Below, piece after piece: positions 26,101 through 37,200 of a stretch of DNA of 64,000 bases. The stretch covers positions 806,001 through 870,000 of the forward strand of contig OZ176058.1 in NCBI GenBank assembly GCA_964247055.1. Reading direction: 5' to 3'. This DNA is from Paragordius varius. Taxonomy: Eukaryota; Animalia; Nematomorpha. The position numbers and the translations under genes were made by a program. Below the pieces are notes generated by a model, which saw nothing but the letters and a program-made list of their open reading frames with translations, was not told where the DNA came from and searched no databases. Numbering within the stretch: position 1 is the first letter of the stretch; each line of letters begins with the position of its first letter.

Positions 26101-27689
26101 CATTTTTGATAAATGATTGTAAAGTAAGTTGTTTTACACTAAAGAATACACTTTCAGAATATTTTTGAATAGAACTCTAGAGTATAATTATTTTGTCATG
26201 TATCAAAACATCAGTTTACGTAAAGAGCACGGATGTTACTACAGCTCAATATATTGTAACAGCGTTGCATAGAGGCTTTTTTGCAGGTTTGATTCATAAA
26301 AACAGGTGTTTAGAAGGCATTTTTCTGACCAGGTGATATTGAACATATGACTGTTTTGATTTGAACAATTTTGGAGATAGATTAGATTTTTAACAGCTGA
26401 CTGAAATATTATATGAAAGATTATGATTGAGAGGTGTTAAGTATACTTATAATTTTACTCGATATGTAATATTAAAATTGACACTAATAATATTTAATGT
26501 ACTATTAAATAAATTGATAGTTTTTAAAAAAGCCGTGATATACAATAAATTTAATAAAATTAAGTTACAGATGTTACCACAGCTCAATTTGCTGTAACAG
26601 CGCTGCATGGACGCTTTTTTGCAGGTTAGAATAATAAAAACATGTGTTTAAACGAATGATCGCTAAAAACAGATGGTAGAAAACATGTGTTAATAAACAC
26701 GTGTTTCATAAATGGTGCTGATCATATGTTTAAGTGAGTCATTTTATCAGCAGAGTGTACCGATTTAAAATATAAAAACCGATGTACAAAGAAAGTTGTT
26801 TTACACTAAAAAAGATTTTTTTCAGAATATTTTTCAATAGAACCCAAAAGTATAATTATTTTGTCATGTATCATATCACACGTCAGTTTACGTAAAGTGC
26901 ACATATGTCGCTCAGTTTACGTAAAGTGCACGGGCTCAATTCTCTGTAACAGCGTTGCATATAGCTGTTTATCTGAATGAATGCTTTTATCAGGTGTTTT
27001 CATACAGCTGATTTTAAACACGTGCTTATGAGTGAATTAATATATATTATAGAACCATCATGTCTTTAGTTTAACAGATGTTTGGGCGCGGAACCTCTCA
27101 TCTAGACATATTTATATGCCAAAATTTTTAATTTAGGATCTTTAAGAATGTGTTTTTTTAAAATAATTGCGTTATATGTATATTTTTTAGTTAATTTAAC
27201 CTGTTTTGATGTGTTTTTAAAATTGGAGCTCTAATTACAGTTGTTATCGATTAATCCTTATGATTTCTCTGAAATAATATATTAAAAGTTTAAATTATAC
27301 GGGAAAACGCAAAAATATCAAGACAATATTTTGTTTTAAAGACAACCATACTTTTAAAATTTTAATTTTTTTAAACATAACACATTTGTTAAATGGCAAA
27401 GTGTGAAATTGAGGCGTATATCAATATCTCTATATTTTAACTAAATAGCTTATGTAGAAAAATTTACAGTTTAAAAAGTTTTTAGAAATGTCATAATATT
27501 TTTACGTTTTGTCCATAGTATAATTTCACTTTTTACTGTATGTTTATATATCTAGATATATTAATAAATTTTTCATTATTAGGAAAAATGATAACAGCTG
27601 CTTACGTGCCCCTAACAAATTATCACAATTTATTCCCCGAATCTGTAACGGCAAATCTTAGGCTAAAACCACATAGTTTGAAAGTTTAA
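1348..27689 (+). CDS. RBM39: RNA-binding protein 39 (CAPER/HCC1) splicing factor: RS-rich N-terminus, RRM1, RRM2, C-terminal UHM/RRM3; 15 coding exons found, start codon not found
   Basis: Phase-consistent GT-AG exons: 1348-1446, 1848-2016, 2903-3148, 3832-4074, 5156-5258, 7797-7991, 11491-11624, 13092-13254, 15051-15116, 15823-16018, 19754-19903, 22678-22794, 24308-24467, 25019-25212, 27583-27689 (TAA). Translation has RBM39 hallmarks: LTPE|ERDQRTV, RSKGLAYVEF, PIIVQHSQAEKNR, LKLYVGTLHPEITEDMLKAIFEPFGK, GIDIGTTGRIQLMAKLAQGTGLQLP, LSNMFDP, IRDDVIEEC, LHGRFFAG|KMITAAYVP...YHNLFP. Confidence 0.95.
2190..2582 (+). repeat. Degenerate ~21-bp tandem array related to the family A terminal repeat, RBM39 intron 2
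   Basis: Recurring AAGGGT(A/G)AATTTGAAATGTTT and GGATGAATTTGAAGTGTTAAA units. Confidence 0.7.
4120..4760 (+). repeat. ~30-bp minisatellite (ATATTTGATAGTTTTGAAAATTATTAA-like), ~20 units, RBM39 intron 4
   Basis: Direct tandem repetition of AAATATTTGATAGTTTTGAAAATTA(T/G)T visible throughout. Confidence 0.9.
6009..7580 (+). repeat. Six acceptor-side half-exon copies of RBM39 exon 7797-7991 (AG + first ~35 nt)
   Basis: TAG|GAAAGAGATCAACGTACAGT(C/G)TTGTTTATGCAACT at 6341, 6658, 6975, 7340 and 7542, plus a degenerate copy at 6012. The five intact copies stop at about the same point (ATGCAACT). Confidence 0.95.
8360..10072 (+). repeat. Four donor-side half-exon copies of RBM39 exon 7797-7991 (last 105 nt + GTAAGT)
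   Basis: Copies of 7887-7991 at 8360-8463, 9009-9113 and 9385-9489, each followed by GTAAGTTTTT. A partial fourth copy at 9794-10072 is split by a MITE. Confidence 0.95.
9816..10058. mobile_element. MITE family A (foldback-like), clean copy; about 20 copies in the window
   Basis: Inverted ends ACCATTTACAGTTCAAATTCACCC / GGGTGAATTTGAACTGTAAATGGT around a ~200-bp core (AATAAACTATGCGCCATAAA...GAGTTATATTAGTTCGAAAACACATAATTT). Related copies near 3290-3725, 5340-5600, 7065-7270, 21490-21690, 31645-31965, 36645-37075, 39190-39455, 40195-40600, 51040-51735, 52290-52550, 54222-54495, 55395-55630, 55975-56255 and 56870-57145. Confidence 0.88.
10148..10200 (+). repeat. Acceptor-side copy of RBM39 exon 11491-11624
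   Basis: AG|GCTACT(ct)ACCTTgCTTAATGGGCAAAAACT..CGTGGaCGaCCC aligns to the exon start GCTACTACCTTACTTAATGGGCAAAAACTACGTGGCCGTCCC. Confidence 0.85.
10325..11448. mobile_element. MITE family A copy with an expanded array of 21-bp units (GGGTGAATTTGAATTGTTCAA)n
   Basis: Left end TACCATTTTACAATTCAAATTCACCC at ~10325, conserved core, 21-bp tandem units at ~10570-11440, right end GAATTGTAAACGGTATAT. Confidence 0.85.
11650..12395. mobile_element. MITE family A copy with an array of (TTGAACAATTCAAATTCACCC)n
   Basis: 21-bp units at ~11650-12180, core at ~12200-12330, right end GGGTGAATTTGAACTGTAAATGGTATA ending ~12402. Confidence 0.8.
13614..14955 (+). repeat. Five donor-side copies of RBM39 exon 13092-13254
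   Basis: AAATTATATGTGGG...TTTGGAAAG|GTA copies ending at 13689, 13931, 14205 and 14490, plus a fragment at ~14933-14952. Confidence 0.92.
16203..19224 (+). repeat. About twelve donor-side copies (7 long, ~5 short) of RBM39 exon 15823-16018
   Basis: Long copies at 16203-16371, ~16575-16720, 16883-17027, 17302-17446, 17874-18033, ~18727-18878 and 19075-19219. Short GAAAACGAGCAAAAAG..TGTAAG pieces near 17130, 17560, 18230, 18387 and 18560. Confidence 0.95.
19376..21478 (+). repeat. Acceptor-side (2) and donor-side (4) copies around RBM39 exon 19754-19903
   Basis: Acceptor side: TTAG|CACATGAGGCTAATAATAATCAAC at 19562 and a degenerate copy at ~19376. Donor side: ATTGGCGG...TTAAC(T/C/A)G|GTAAA at 20181-20247, 20541-20605, 21053-21124 and a degenerate copy at 21419-21474. 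Confidence 0.92.
21989..23991 (+). repeat. Acceptor-side (2) and donor-side (4) copies around RBM39 exon 22678-22794
   Basis: Acceptor side: AG|CCAG(C/T)ATAAATCAATCAGGC at 21991 and 22225. Donor side: copies ending at 23262, 23418 and 23540, and GAACCACGGGCCGCATTCAGCTTATGGTGAAATTAG at ~23956-23990. Confidence 0.9.
25515..26960 (+). repeat. About five donor-side copies of RBM39 exon 25019-25212
   Basis: CAGTTTACGTAAAGTGCAC...TTTTTTGCAG|GTT copies at 25515-25589, ~26212-26287, ~26566-26624 and ~26883-26960, with fragments near 25847 and 25940. Confidence 0.9.
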
Positions 27690-28546
27690 TCTTTCGAGAA
27701 TATTCGGTAAAAACGTTACAAATAAATGTTCTCCATATCAGCTGATATATATAGTCCTAAAGTCGGAAATTTTGTGAAATTTATATATATACACAATATG
27801 TATATAATGATGATTGTTGATTATATTATGCGTATATTCTTAAATAAATGTCCACATATATATTTATTACATTTGATTATAAAATTGACATAACGGGATA
27901 TATATATATATATATATGGTATTAAAAAATATTTCATTTCAACAGATTAATTTATGTTTTACAAAAAAATGTCGAATATTTAGAAAAATACTTATACTAT
28001 AGAAATTATACGGACAAAATGTAAAAATATAAAGACAAAAGTTTATTTCAAAAGACAACCATACTTTTTAAACCTTAATTTATCCTATATACATTATTTA
28101 ATTAATATCGTAAATATATAATTGATTAGTGTTACCAACTTACCTTTCCATATTATACTTTGTAGTTTAAAACAATGATTTATATTTAAAAAAATCAAGT
28201 TTTAAAATAGGGTTGTGTTTTTTTAAAAAATATTTGTCTTTATATTTTCACGTTTGGTCCATATAAGTTCAATTTTTACTGTATTATATATACACAAAAA
28301 ATAAATTTAGAAGAAAACTTATGGACAAAAATTGTAAAGACAGTTTTTTACTACTGTTCTACCAATTAATATACCTGCTTTCTATGTCAATATTTGTCAT
28401 TTTAAATAATTATTTATATAAAAAAATTGATAAAAATAAAGAAGCATTAAACTAAATCACAATTTTTTTTATAAAGAAGGCATACTTAACAAACTTTGGT
28501 TATTTCATATACACATAAATTATTACGATTTCGATATATATAATTA

Positions 28547-28838
28547 CAGTAAAAACTGAAATTATACGGGGACAAAACGCAAAAGTATAAAGACAAATAT
28601 TTTTTTCTAAAAGACAACCAGCATACTTTTCAAATGTAGATTTATATATATAAAACTCATTGTTTTAAATGGCAAAGTGTGAAATAAAAATATTGGTAAT
28701 AAATTAATTCTATATTTTACAATTGTAACTAAAAAGCTAATAGAAAAATTAAGAGTTAAAAAACTATGGCTGTCTTTTAGATATAAATATTTGTCGTTAT
28801 AATTTCACGTTTTGTCCGTATAATTTCAATATTTACTG
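28547..28838. mobile_element. MITE family B, Tc1/mariner-type (TA|CAGT...ACTG|TA), clean copy; about 25 copies or fragments in the window
   Basis: TIR of ~70 bp, CAGTAAAAA(C/T)TGAAATTATACGGACAAAACGTAAAAATATAAAGACAAAT, flanked by TA on both sides. Other copies at 30807-31074, ~38660-38947, ~50220-50522, ~50905-51475 (family A nested inside), ~55097-55372, ~56610-56850, ~62668-62955 and ~63160-63430; dense cluster at 27290-31080. Confidence 0.85.
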
Positions 28839-29656
28839 TAAATATGTTAACATTTTCCATTTTATTGAGTAAAAAAGTATAAAGATAAATATTTTTTGCA
28901 AAAGACCATAATTAATTAATTTTTCTTAAGTAAGCTATTTAATTACGATATTGTAAAATACAGAATTAATGTTGTTATCAATCTCATCTCTATTTCTTAC
29001 TTTGCTGTTCAAAACAACGATATTATATATATTTAAAAAATTAAATTTATAAAAAAGTACCGCAGTGGTCTTCAAATAAAAATATTTATCTTAATATTTT
29101 ACGTTTTGTCCGTATAGATTCAATTTTTACTGTAACATTGCGTCTGTAATCATTTTAAAATTTTGTGATATAAAAAATAAAAAAAAAATTTTGCAAAAAA
29201 CAACCATACTTTTTAACCCTTTTTTTCCTATAAAAAATATATAATAATACAATTGTAAAACACATAATTAATTATGTTAACAATCTCTGCAATTTTAAAC
29301 AATGAGTTATATATTAAAAAAATCTGGTTTAAAAAAGTACTGTAGTGGTCGTTTGAAATATATATTATATATATAGTAATAACTGAAATTATACGGACAA
29401 AATGGAAAAATTTAAAGACAAAAGTTTTATTCTAAAGACAACCATACTTTTTAAACCTTAATTTATCCTATATAAATTATTTAATTTATATTGTTAATAT
29501 ATAATTGATTGTGTTACCAACTTACTTTTCCATATTATACTTTGTAGTTTAAAACAATGACTTATATTTAAAAAAAAATAAGTTTAAAGTATAGGGTTGT
29601 GTTTTAAAAAAAATTGTCTTTATATATTCACGTTTTGTCCGTATAATTTTAATTTC

Positions 29657-29659
<3 letters not shown>

Positions 29660-29713
<54 letters not shown>
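29660..29713. repeat. (TA)n microsatellite, longest of many
   Basis: About 27 TA units; similar tracts near 470, 1219, 5055, 22525, 34228, 45755 and 56554. Confidence 0.9.
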
Positions 29714-29718
<5 letters not shown>

Positions 29719-31269
29719 ACACAAAAAAATAAATTTAGAAGAAAACTTATGGACAAATATTTTAAAGACAGTTTTTTACTACTGTTTTACCAATATACCT
29801 CCTTTCTATGTCAAACTTTTTAATTTGGAACAATGATTAATATTTAAAAAAAAATTGATAAAAATAAAGAAAAGCTTAATCAAAAAATTTTCTTTATAAA
29901 GACAGGCGCCTTTAAACCTTGGTTTTTATATACAACTATGTTATAACGATGGCAATGTATGAATTAAATCTGTTATACTATTTTCCATTTTATTTAGTTA
30001 AAAAATATAAAGACAAATATTTTTTCTAAAAGACAACTAACCATATTTTTTAAATCTTAAAAGATATAACCCATTGTTTTAAAAACAAAGTATAAAATAG
30101 AGAGATGTATATTGGTTAACAACACAATCAATTATATATTTTATCATTGTAAATAAAGCAATTATATAAGAAAAATTTATAAATAGAAAATTAAAAAAAT
30201 ATCTATTAGAAACAAATAATTGTCTTTATATTTTAAAGTTTTATCCATAGTTTTATTGTAGTTTTTAATGTAAACGTATATTTTAAAAATTTATTTTATA
30301 TACAAATATACATAATCACAATTATTTTTTTTCATATCCTACACATCACATATACTGAAGAGCCATAATATTAGGTTATAAAGCTTTTTAAATTGGAGGC
30401 ATGGGAAAAAAATTTTAATAGCATATTTTATATTAGAGTATTAAATAAAATTTCGTAAAATTTGAAATTAAAAATAATACAAAAACTAATTATAGATTAA
30501 AGTCGTAATCATACTTTAATTTTTATATAAGCTTTTTAAAATGAAATTTACGGACAAAACGTAAAATATATAATCAAATATTTTTTTATAGACACTCCTA
30601 TACTTTTTTAAAACTTATTTTTTGCTATATAAATACTATTAAATTAAAGTTGTAAAATATATAATGGATTGTATTATCAATGACATCTCTATTATTATAT
30701 GCTATGTATAATTAATATTTATTAATAATTCAAGGTTAAAAAAGTATAATTGTCTTTAGAAAAAAAATATTAAAATATTAACTTCAAGCACGCGAACAAA
30801 ATATTACAGTAAAAATTGAAATTATACGGACAAAACGTAAAAATATAAAGACAATTTTTTTCTAATGCTATTTTAAATTAATATATCCCTTGTAAAACTA
30901 TTTAATTATAATCGTAAAATACATAATTGATTGTGTTACCAATTTACATTTCCATACTATACTTTGTAATTTAAAACCATGAATTATATTAAAAAATAAT
31001 TCAAGTTTAAAAAATAATGTCTTTTGAAAAAATACTTGTATTACGTTTTGTCCGTATAATTTCAATTTTTACTGTAATTAATAAAATTTTACAATATCTA
31101 ATTTTATTTATTAAAAAATCAAGATACATTCATTTAACACGTTTCTATGCACACCAATATAAATACGCTTAAAAACCAATTTTATAGCTCTTTACTGTAT
31201 GTGATTTTAATAAAAAATCAAAAATATTTCAAAATTATATCAAAATTCTTAAAATTTCAAGGTAATTCT

Positions 31270-34225
31270 TCAGTGAGTAGATGGAGTATTTGGGTATCCT
31301 TGGGGTTTATAAGCAAATACGATATTTTCTGTCTCGTTTTCATTATTTTCAAAATTATTATTAATAAGATTGTTGTTTAAATTTTTTTCAAAATTATTAA
31401 AATTATTATTTAGATTTTGTGGATATTTTCCAGTAGCTATTAAGGTATCGTGCCTTTCACTTTTTTTCCAGAAATAGTAAAAGAATATCAAATCACCCAC
31501 AGTTTTTGTGTTTTTGTCTTTAAACTAAAAATATTGTAATATAATATAATATATATATTATTTATAGTTCGAACTCTTAAACGATTCAAATTAACCCTAG
31601 AACAATATTAACCTTTAAACAATTTAAATTCACTATGGTAAATATAAATACCATTTACAATTCAAATTCACCCTTAAATAAATTATATATTATTCAAAGT
31701 TAAAACTTACCTATATTTTTATATATTTTTGAAAAATAAAATTATGTTATAGTTAATATTTTTTCAGTATTATTTTAATTTTAAACAAAATTTTAAATTT
31801 TTTAAAAGCATATATAAAAATATCGGTAATTTTTAATCTTACCATAATTTATTTTTATGATAAATTTGAATTGTTTACGTATAATTTAAACTGTTTAAGG
31901 GTAAATTCAAATTGTTCAAGAATAAATTCCAATTGTTCAAGGGTGAATTTGAATTCTAAATGATATATATATATAAAATAAAATTATATATTACATAATT
32001 TTGTTAAATTTGATGGAAATTTTTGCCAAATTCAATCAAACCATTTTCAAAAGCCTGACAATCATCCAATGTCCATTCGTGTAATGTTAATTGGCTAAAA
32101 TCTAAAAGTTTAAGAGGGTAAAAAAAAAATTTTACAGTAAAAATTGATTTATATTTCAATAAAAAAATTAATGAAAATTTCAAAAAATTTAAATTTTTAT
32201 ATATATACATATATGTATATATATATTATTATTTTTAAATAAATTAACTATATTTTTAAATAATATTATATATGAAATAAAAAATATAAAATCTATAAAA
32301 AATATTATAATTTAAAAAAAAAAATTATAAATTAAATTATAATTAATATTTATTGATAATTAAATTTTTTAGAATAGTATTTAATATTTTTATGAAATTT
32401 TAAACCCACAAAAAAATTGATTTTTTATCATTATTAAAATAATAAATTTCACAAATTAAAAAATAGATAAATTATTTGTTAAAAATTTTTAAATTTATAT
32501 AATATTTTTTTACGAAAAATTTATTTAAATTAAAAAATTAAATTTTTGAAAAATTTAATTATATATATATGTGTGTGTTAATAAAAAATTATTTAAATAA
32601 AAGATTTTTTTAAAAAAAATAATTATTTAAAATATATTAAAATATACAATTTGCATATCTTTCCGTTTCTAACAATTGAATTGATTTTTCAAAATTATAA
32701 CCATTTTCAAGTAGTGTTGAGAGGGCCTATTATATGGTAAAAAATAAAAATTAAATTAAAATTTTTAATTAAAATTTAAAAAAAATTAAATTATAAAAGT
32801 AAAAAATTAAATAAAAATTTGCTAAAAATACCCAAAAATCGTTAAGAAAATTATATAAATTTTGAATATAAATAAAACTAAATTAAAAAAATGAAATCAA
32901 ATTTAAAAAATAAAAATAATTTAAATCTAAAAATTGTAAGGAAAATTATATAAATATATTCAAAAGATATTTGAATATAAATAATAACAAAAATTTTATA
33001 ATAAATTAATTTTAATGAATTGGAAAGAATTCAAAATTAAAAATACTAATAAAATAAAAAAATATAAATAACAATATTAAATATAAAATTTAATATTGTA
33101 ATTTTGAAAAAATATAAAAATATCGATAATTTAAGTAAAAATATTTAAAAAATATAAATTATTTAAAAAAATATAAAATATATAAAATAATTTAAATTAA
33201 ATATATAAATAAAAAAATCAAAATAAACAAGATATATAAATAAAAATTAATTCCATAAAAATATAAAAATTTAAATGATAAACAAAAAATAAAAAAATAT
33301 TTGAAAATCAATGTAAAAATAAAAAAAATATATATAAAAATTTTTTTAAAATATATAAAAATAAATTAAAATGTATAAAAATAAAAATTTATTAAAAAAA
33401 TAATTAAAATATAATGCTTAAAATATAAAAATAAAAATAACCAAAAAATAATTTATATAAAATTATTTAAAAAATATAAAAACATAAAAAAATTAAATAA
33501 ATCTAAAATTTATATAAAATATCTAAATATTTTAAACAAAAATATTTAAAAAATAAAAAAAGACATATAAAAATATTTTACCATTTCATTGTCTGGTATA
33601 GTATTAGCAGAATTTTGCAAATTTTCAAGATTTCCATTTGAATTATTATTATAATTATTAATATTTTCATTTAATTTTTGTTGAGATTTTAAGATTTTCT
33701 ACAATAAAAAAATTATATATATATATATATATATATAATTTTATTAATTTTAAAATAAGCTATTGAAACATATAAAAATTGAGTAATTATATAAAAAATA
33801 TATAATTAATAAAATTTCTTTTACGAAAAAAAAATACTACAAATACCTAATTTTCTCAAAAAAATTTGGAATAATATTAAAAGACTAAATATAAACAACC
33901 CATTTTAGTATATTCCCAAAAATTTTATTTAGGATTTTCTTAAAAATTTTAAAAAATTATACATTTAATTTTTAAGATAATTTTTTAAAATTAGCAAAAA
34001 GTATATAAAAAGGACATAAACTAAAAATTTTATTTTTAAAAATACCCTAAAAACGCCCAAAATATAATATCCCAATTTTTTTTAAAAAAAAATTTAAAAT
34101 ATCTCATATTTTAAATAAAAAAATTATTTTAAATAAAACAATTAAAAATAACTCAAAAATATATCAATATTAATATAAACTTAAAAATGAGGACAATTAA
34201 AAATAAAGTTAAAACAATTCAATTT

Positions 34226-34270
<45 letters not shown>

Positions 34271-37200
34271 ATTCAAAAATAAAATTATATAATATATCAA
34301 TATAAACTTTAAAATTAAAAATATTTTTAAATAAATTATATAAAATTTTAAAAATACCCTTTGAGAATATCGCGTAGGATTAATTAAGGGTTCAAAGTTT
34401 AAAAAAAATTTTAAAACTTAAAATAATTTAAATTTAAAAATATATAAAATAATTCGAAAAATAAACTAAAAATAAACTAAAAAAATTCAAAAATATATTC
34501 AAACATAAATAAACTAAAAACAAATTCAAAAATATAAATAAATTTAAAAAAAATATGTAATATTTAAAATTCAAAAGAAAATTTAAAATAAACTTTAAAA
34601 AATTTAAAATATATTTATAGAAAAAACATAAAAATTAAAATAAATTTAAAATATTTTTTAAATTAAAAAATTAAAATTTTAAATTGTTTAAAAAATATTT
34701 TATTAAATATAAAATAAAAATACCCTTTGTGAATATCGCGTAGGATTAATTAAGGGTTCAAAGGCCAATTTTTGTGGACTTAAACCAGGAGCTGTGTCAT
34801 ATTGGTTATTTAACCATTCATTGATATGGTATAGGAAATTTTCAACTAATTTATGAATTTTTAAAAATATTAAAATAAATTAATTATTTAAAATTAAAAA
34901 AAATAAATTATTTAAATATAAAAAATAAATTATTTAAATATAAAAAATATTAATTTAAATTAATAAATTGAAAAATATAAATAATTTAAATATATAATAC
35001 AAATTAACGTTTATAAAATATCAAATTAAATTTATATATATATATAGAATTATGTTGTAAATAAATTTCTTAAAAATATATAAAAATGTATAAAAAAATC
35101 ATATATATATATAGAATTAAAATTGAAATATATATTTTAAAAAACATAAGAACAATTGTTTAACCAAGCATTGATATGGTATAAAAAGTTTTAAACTATA
35201 AAATTGTAAAAATATAAAAAATTAAAATAGATATAAAAAAATAAAATAACGTTTGATAAATATAAATTAAATTAATGAATAAAAAATAATATAAAAAATT
35301 AAAAAATATTAAAAATATAAATTTAAAAATATATTATTTAGATATATAAATTTAAAATTAATAAAATATAAAAATTATTACAAAGTTTTCAACTATTTTG
35401 GAATTTAAAATATAAAATTCATAAGTTTTTTGGAATTATAAATAAAAATATAGAATAATTAAATATATTAAATAATATATATTTATATAGAATTAACATT
35501 ATAATATATTGTGAAAAATATAAGAAAGATCGTTTAACCATTCATTGATATGGAAAAGGAAATTTTCAACTAATTAGGAATTTTTAAATATAAAATTAAA
35601 AATTTAAATTCATAAATTTTTTGGAATTTTGAATAAAAAAATAAATTAAAATTATAAAAAATGACGTTTATAATATATGTCAAATTATATATAATATATT
35701 TATCCAAATATATAAATTATAAATGTATTAGAATCTTTTAAAAAAAAATCATTAAATTAAAAAATATAAAATATATGAAAAATATAAAATAATTGTTTAA
35801 CCATTCATTGATATGGTATAAAAACTTTTCAACTATAAAATTTATAAATTTTTTGAAATTTTTAATAAAAAATAATAATATATTTTAAAAATAAAATTAT
35901 TTAAATATATAATATAAATTAATAAAAAAGATAAATTAAATATGTCAAATTATATATTTATATAAAATTAACATTATAATATATTGTGAAAAACAAAGAA
36001 AATTTTTTTAACCAAGCATTGATATGGTATAAAAAGTTTTCAACTAAATTGAAAATAATAAATTTAATTAAAAAATATAAATTAATAAAAAAATAAAATT
36101 ATTTAAATAATAAATTAAATATATAAATTAATAATTTAAAAATATAAAAAAATAATATATATTGTGAAAAACATAAAAAAAATTAATTTTTGACGTTTAA
36201 AAATTTGAAACAAAATTATTAATTTTAATTAATTTTTAAAAATATTAAAATAAATAAATTATTTAAAATTAAAAAAAATAAATTATTTAAATATAAATAA
36301 AAATATTGATTGATTAATTTAAATAAATAATAGAATATTAAAAAAATATAGATTATTTAAATATAAAAAATATAAAAATATAAGAAAAATTGTTTAACCA
36401 TTCATTGATACAAAAGGAAATTTTCAACTAATTTGGAATTTTTATAAAAAATATAAATTTATTATTAATTTTTAAAAAAATATAAATTTAAAATTAAGAA
36501 ATTTAAAATTGAGAAAAATCAAAAATATAAAAATATGACGTTTAAAATATAAGTCAAATTATATATTTATATATAGAATTATATATATATTAAAAAAAAT
36601 AAAAAACTACTGATATATTAAATTTTTATTTATTCCCTATAAAAAAGATACCATTTACAATTTAAATTCACCCTTGAACAATTCAAATTCTATTCAATTC
36701 ACCCTTGAACAATCCAATTTCCCCCTTAAACAATTTAAATTCACTCTTAAATAACTCAAATTCACCCTAAAACTATTCAAATTCACCCTTGAACAATTAA
36801 AATTATTCCTTGAACAATTCAAATTCAAACCTTAAATAATTTAAATTCACCCTAAAAATAAATTGTGTTTTCAAGCTCTAATATCACCTTTCCGTATTAA
36901 TATAAAATATATCTTTATGGCGCATAGTTTATTACTTTTTCAGTATATACAATAATTATTTTATTTTTTAATATGTTTACAAATATAGGTAATTTTTAAT
37001 TTTAAAAAACATATAATTTATATGAGGATGAATTTGAATAGGCCAAGAGTGAATTCGAACTGTAAATGGTATATTTACAATAATTTTAAACAAAATTTTA
37101 CAAAAATTTAGCAAATTTTAAATCTAAAATAATACATATTTTAGAATGAATTTGAATGGTTCTAGGGTGAATTCAAAGTGTAAATGGTATATCAAAAAAT

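Noticed and set aside
32004-32006. TAA reassigned to Gln (ciliate-type genetic code)
   Set aside because: It is the only in-frame TAA/TAG in well over 1500 reconstructed codons, Gln is encoded by CAA/CAG throughout, and RBM39 and the VAT1L-like gene end on TAA at plausible positions.
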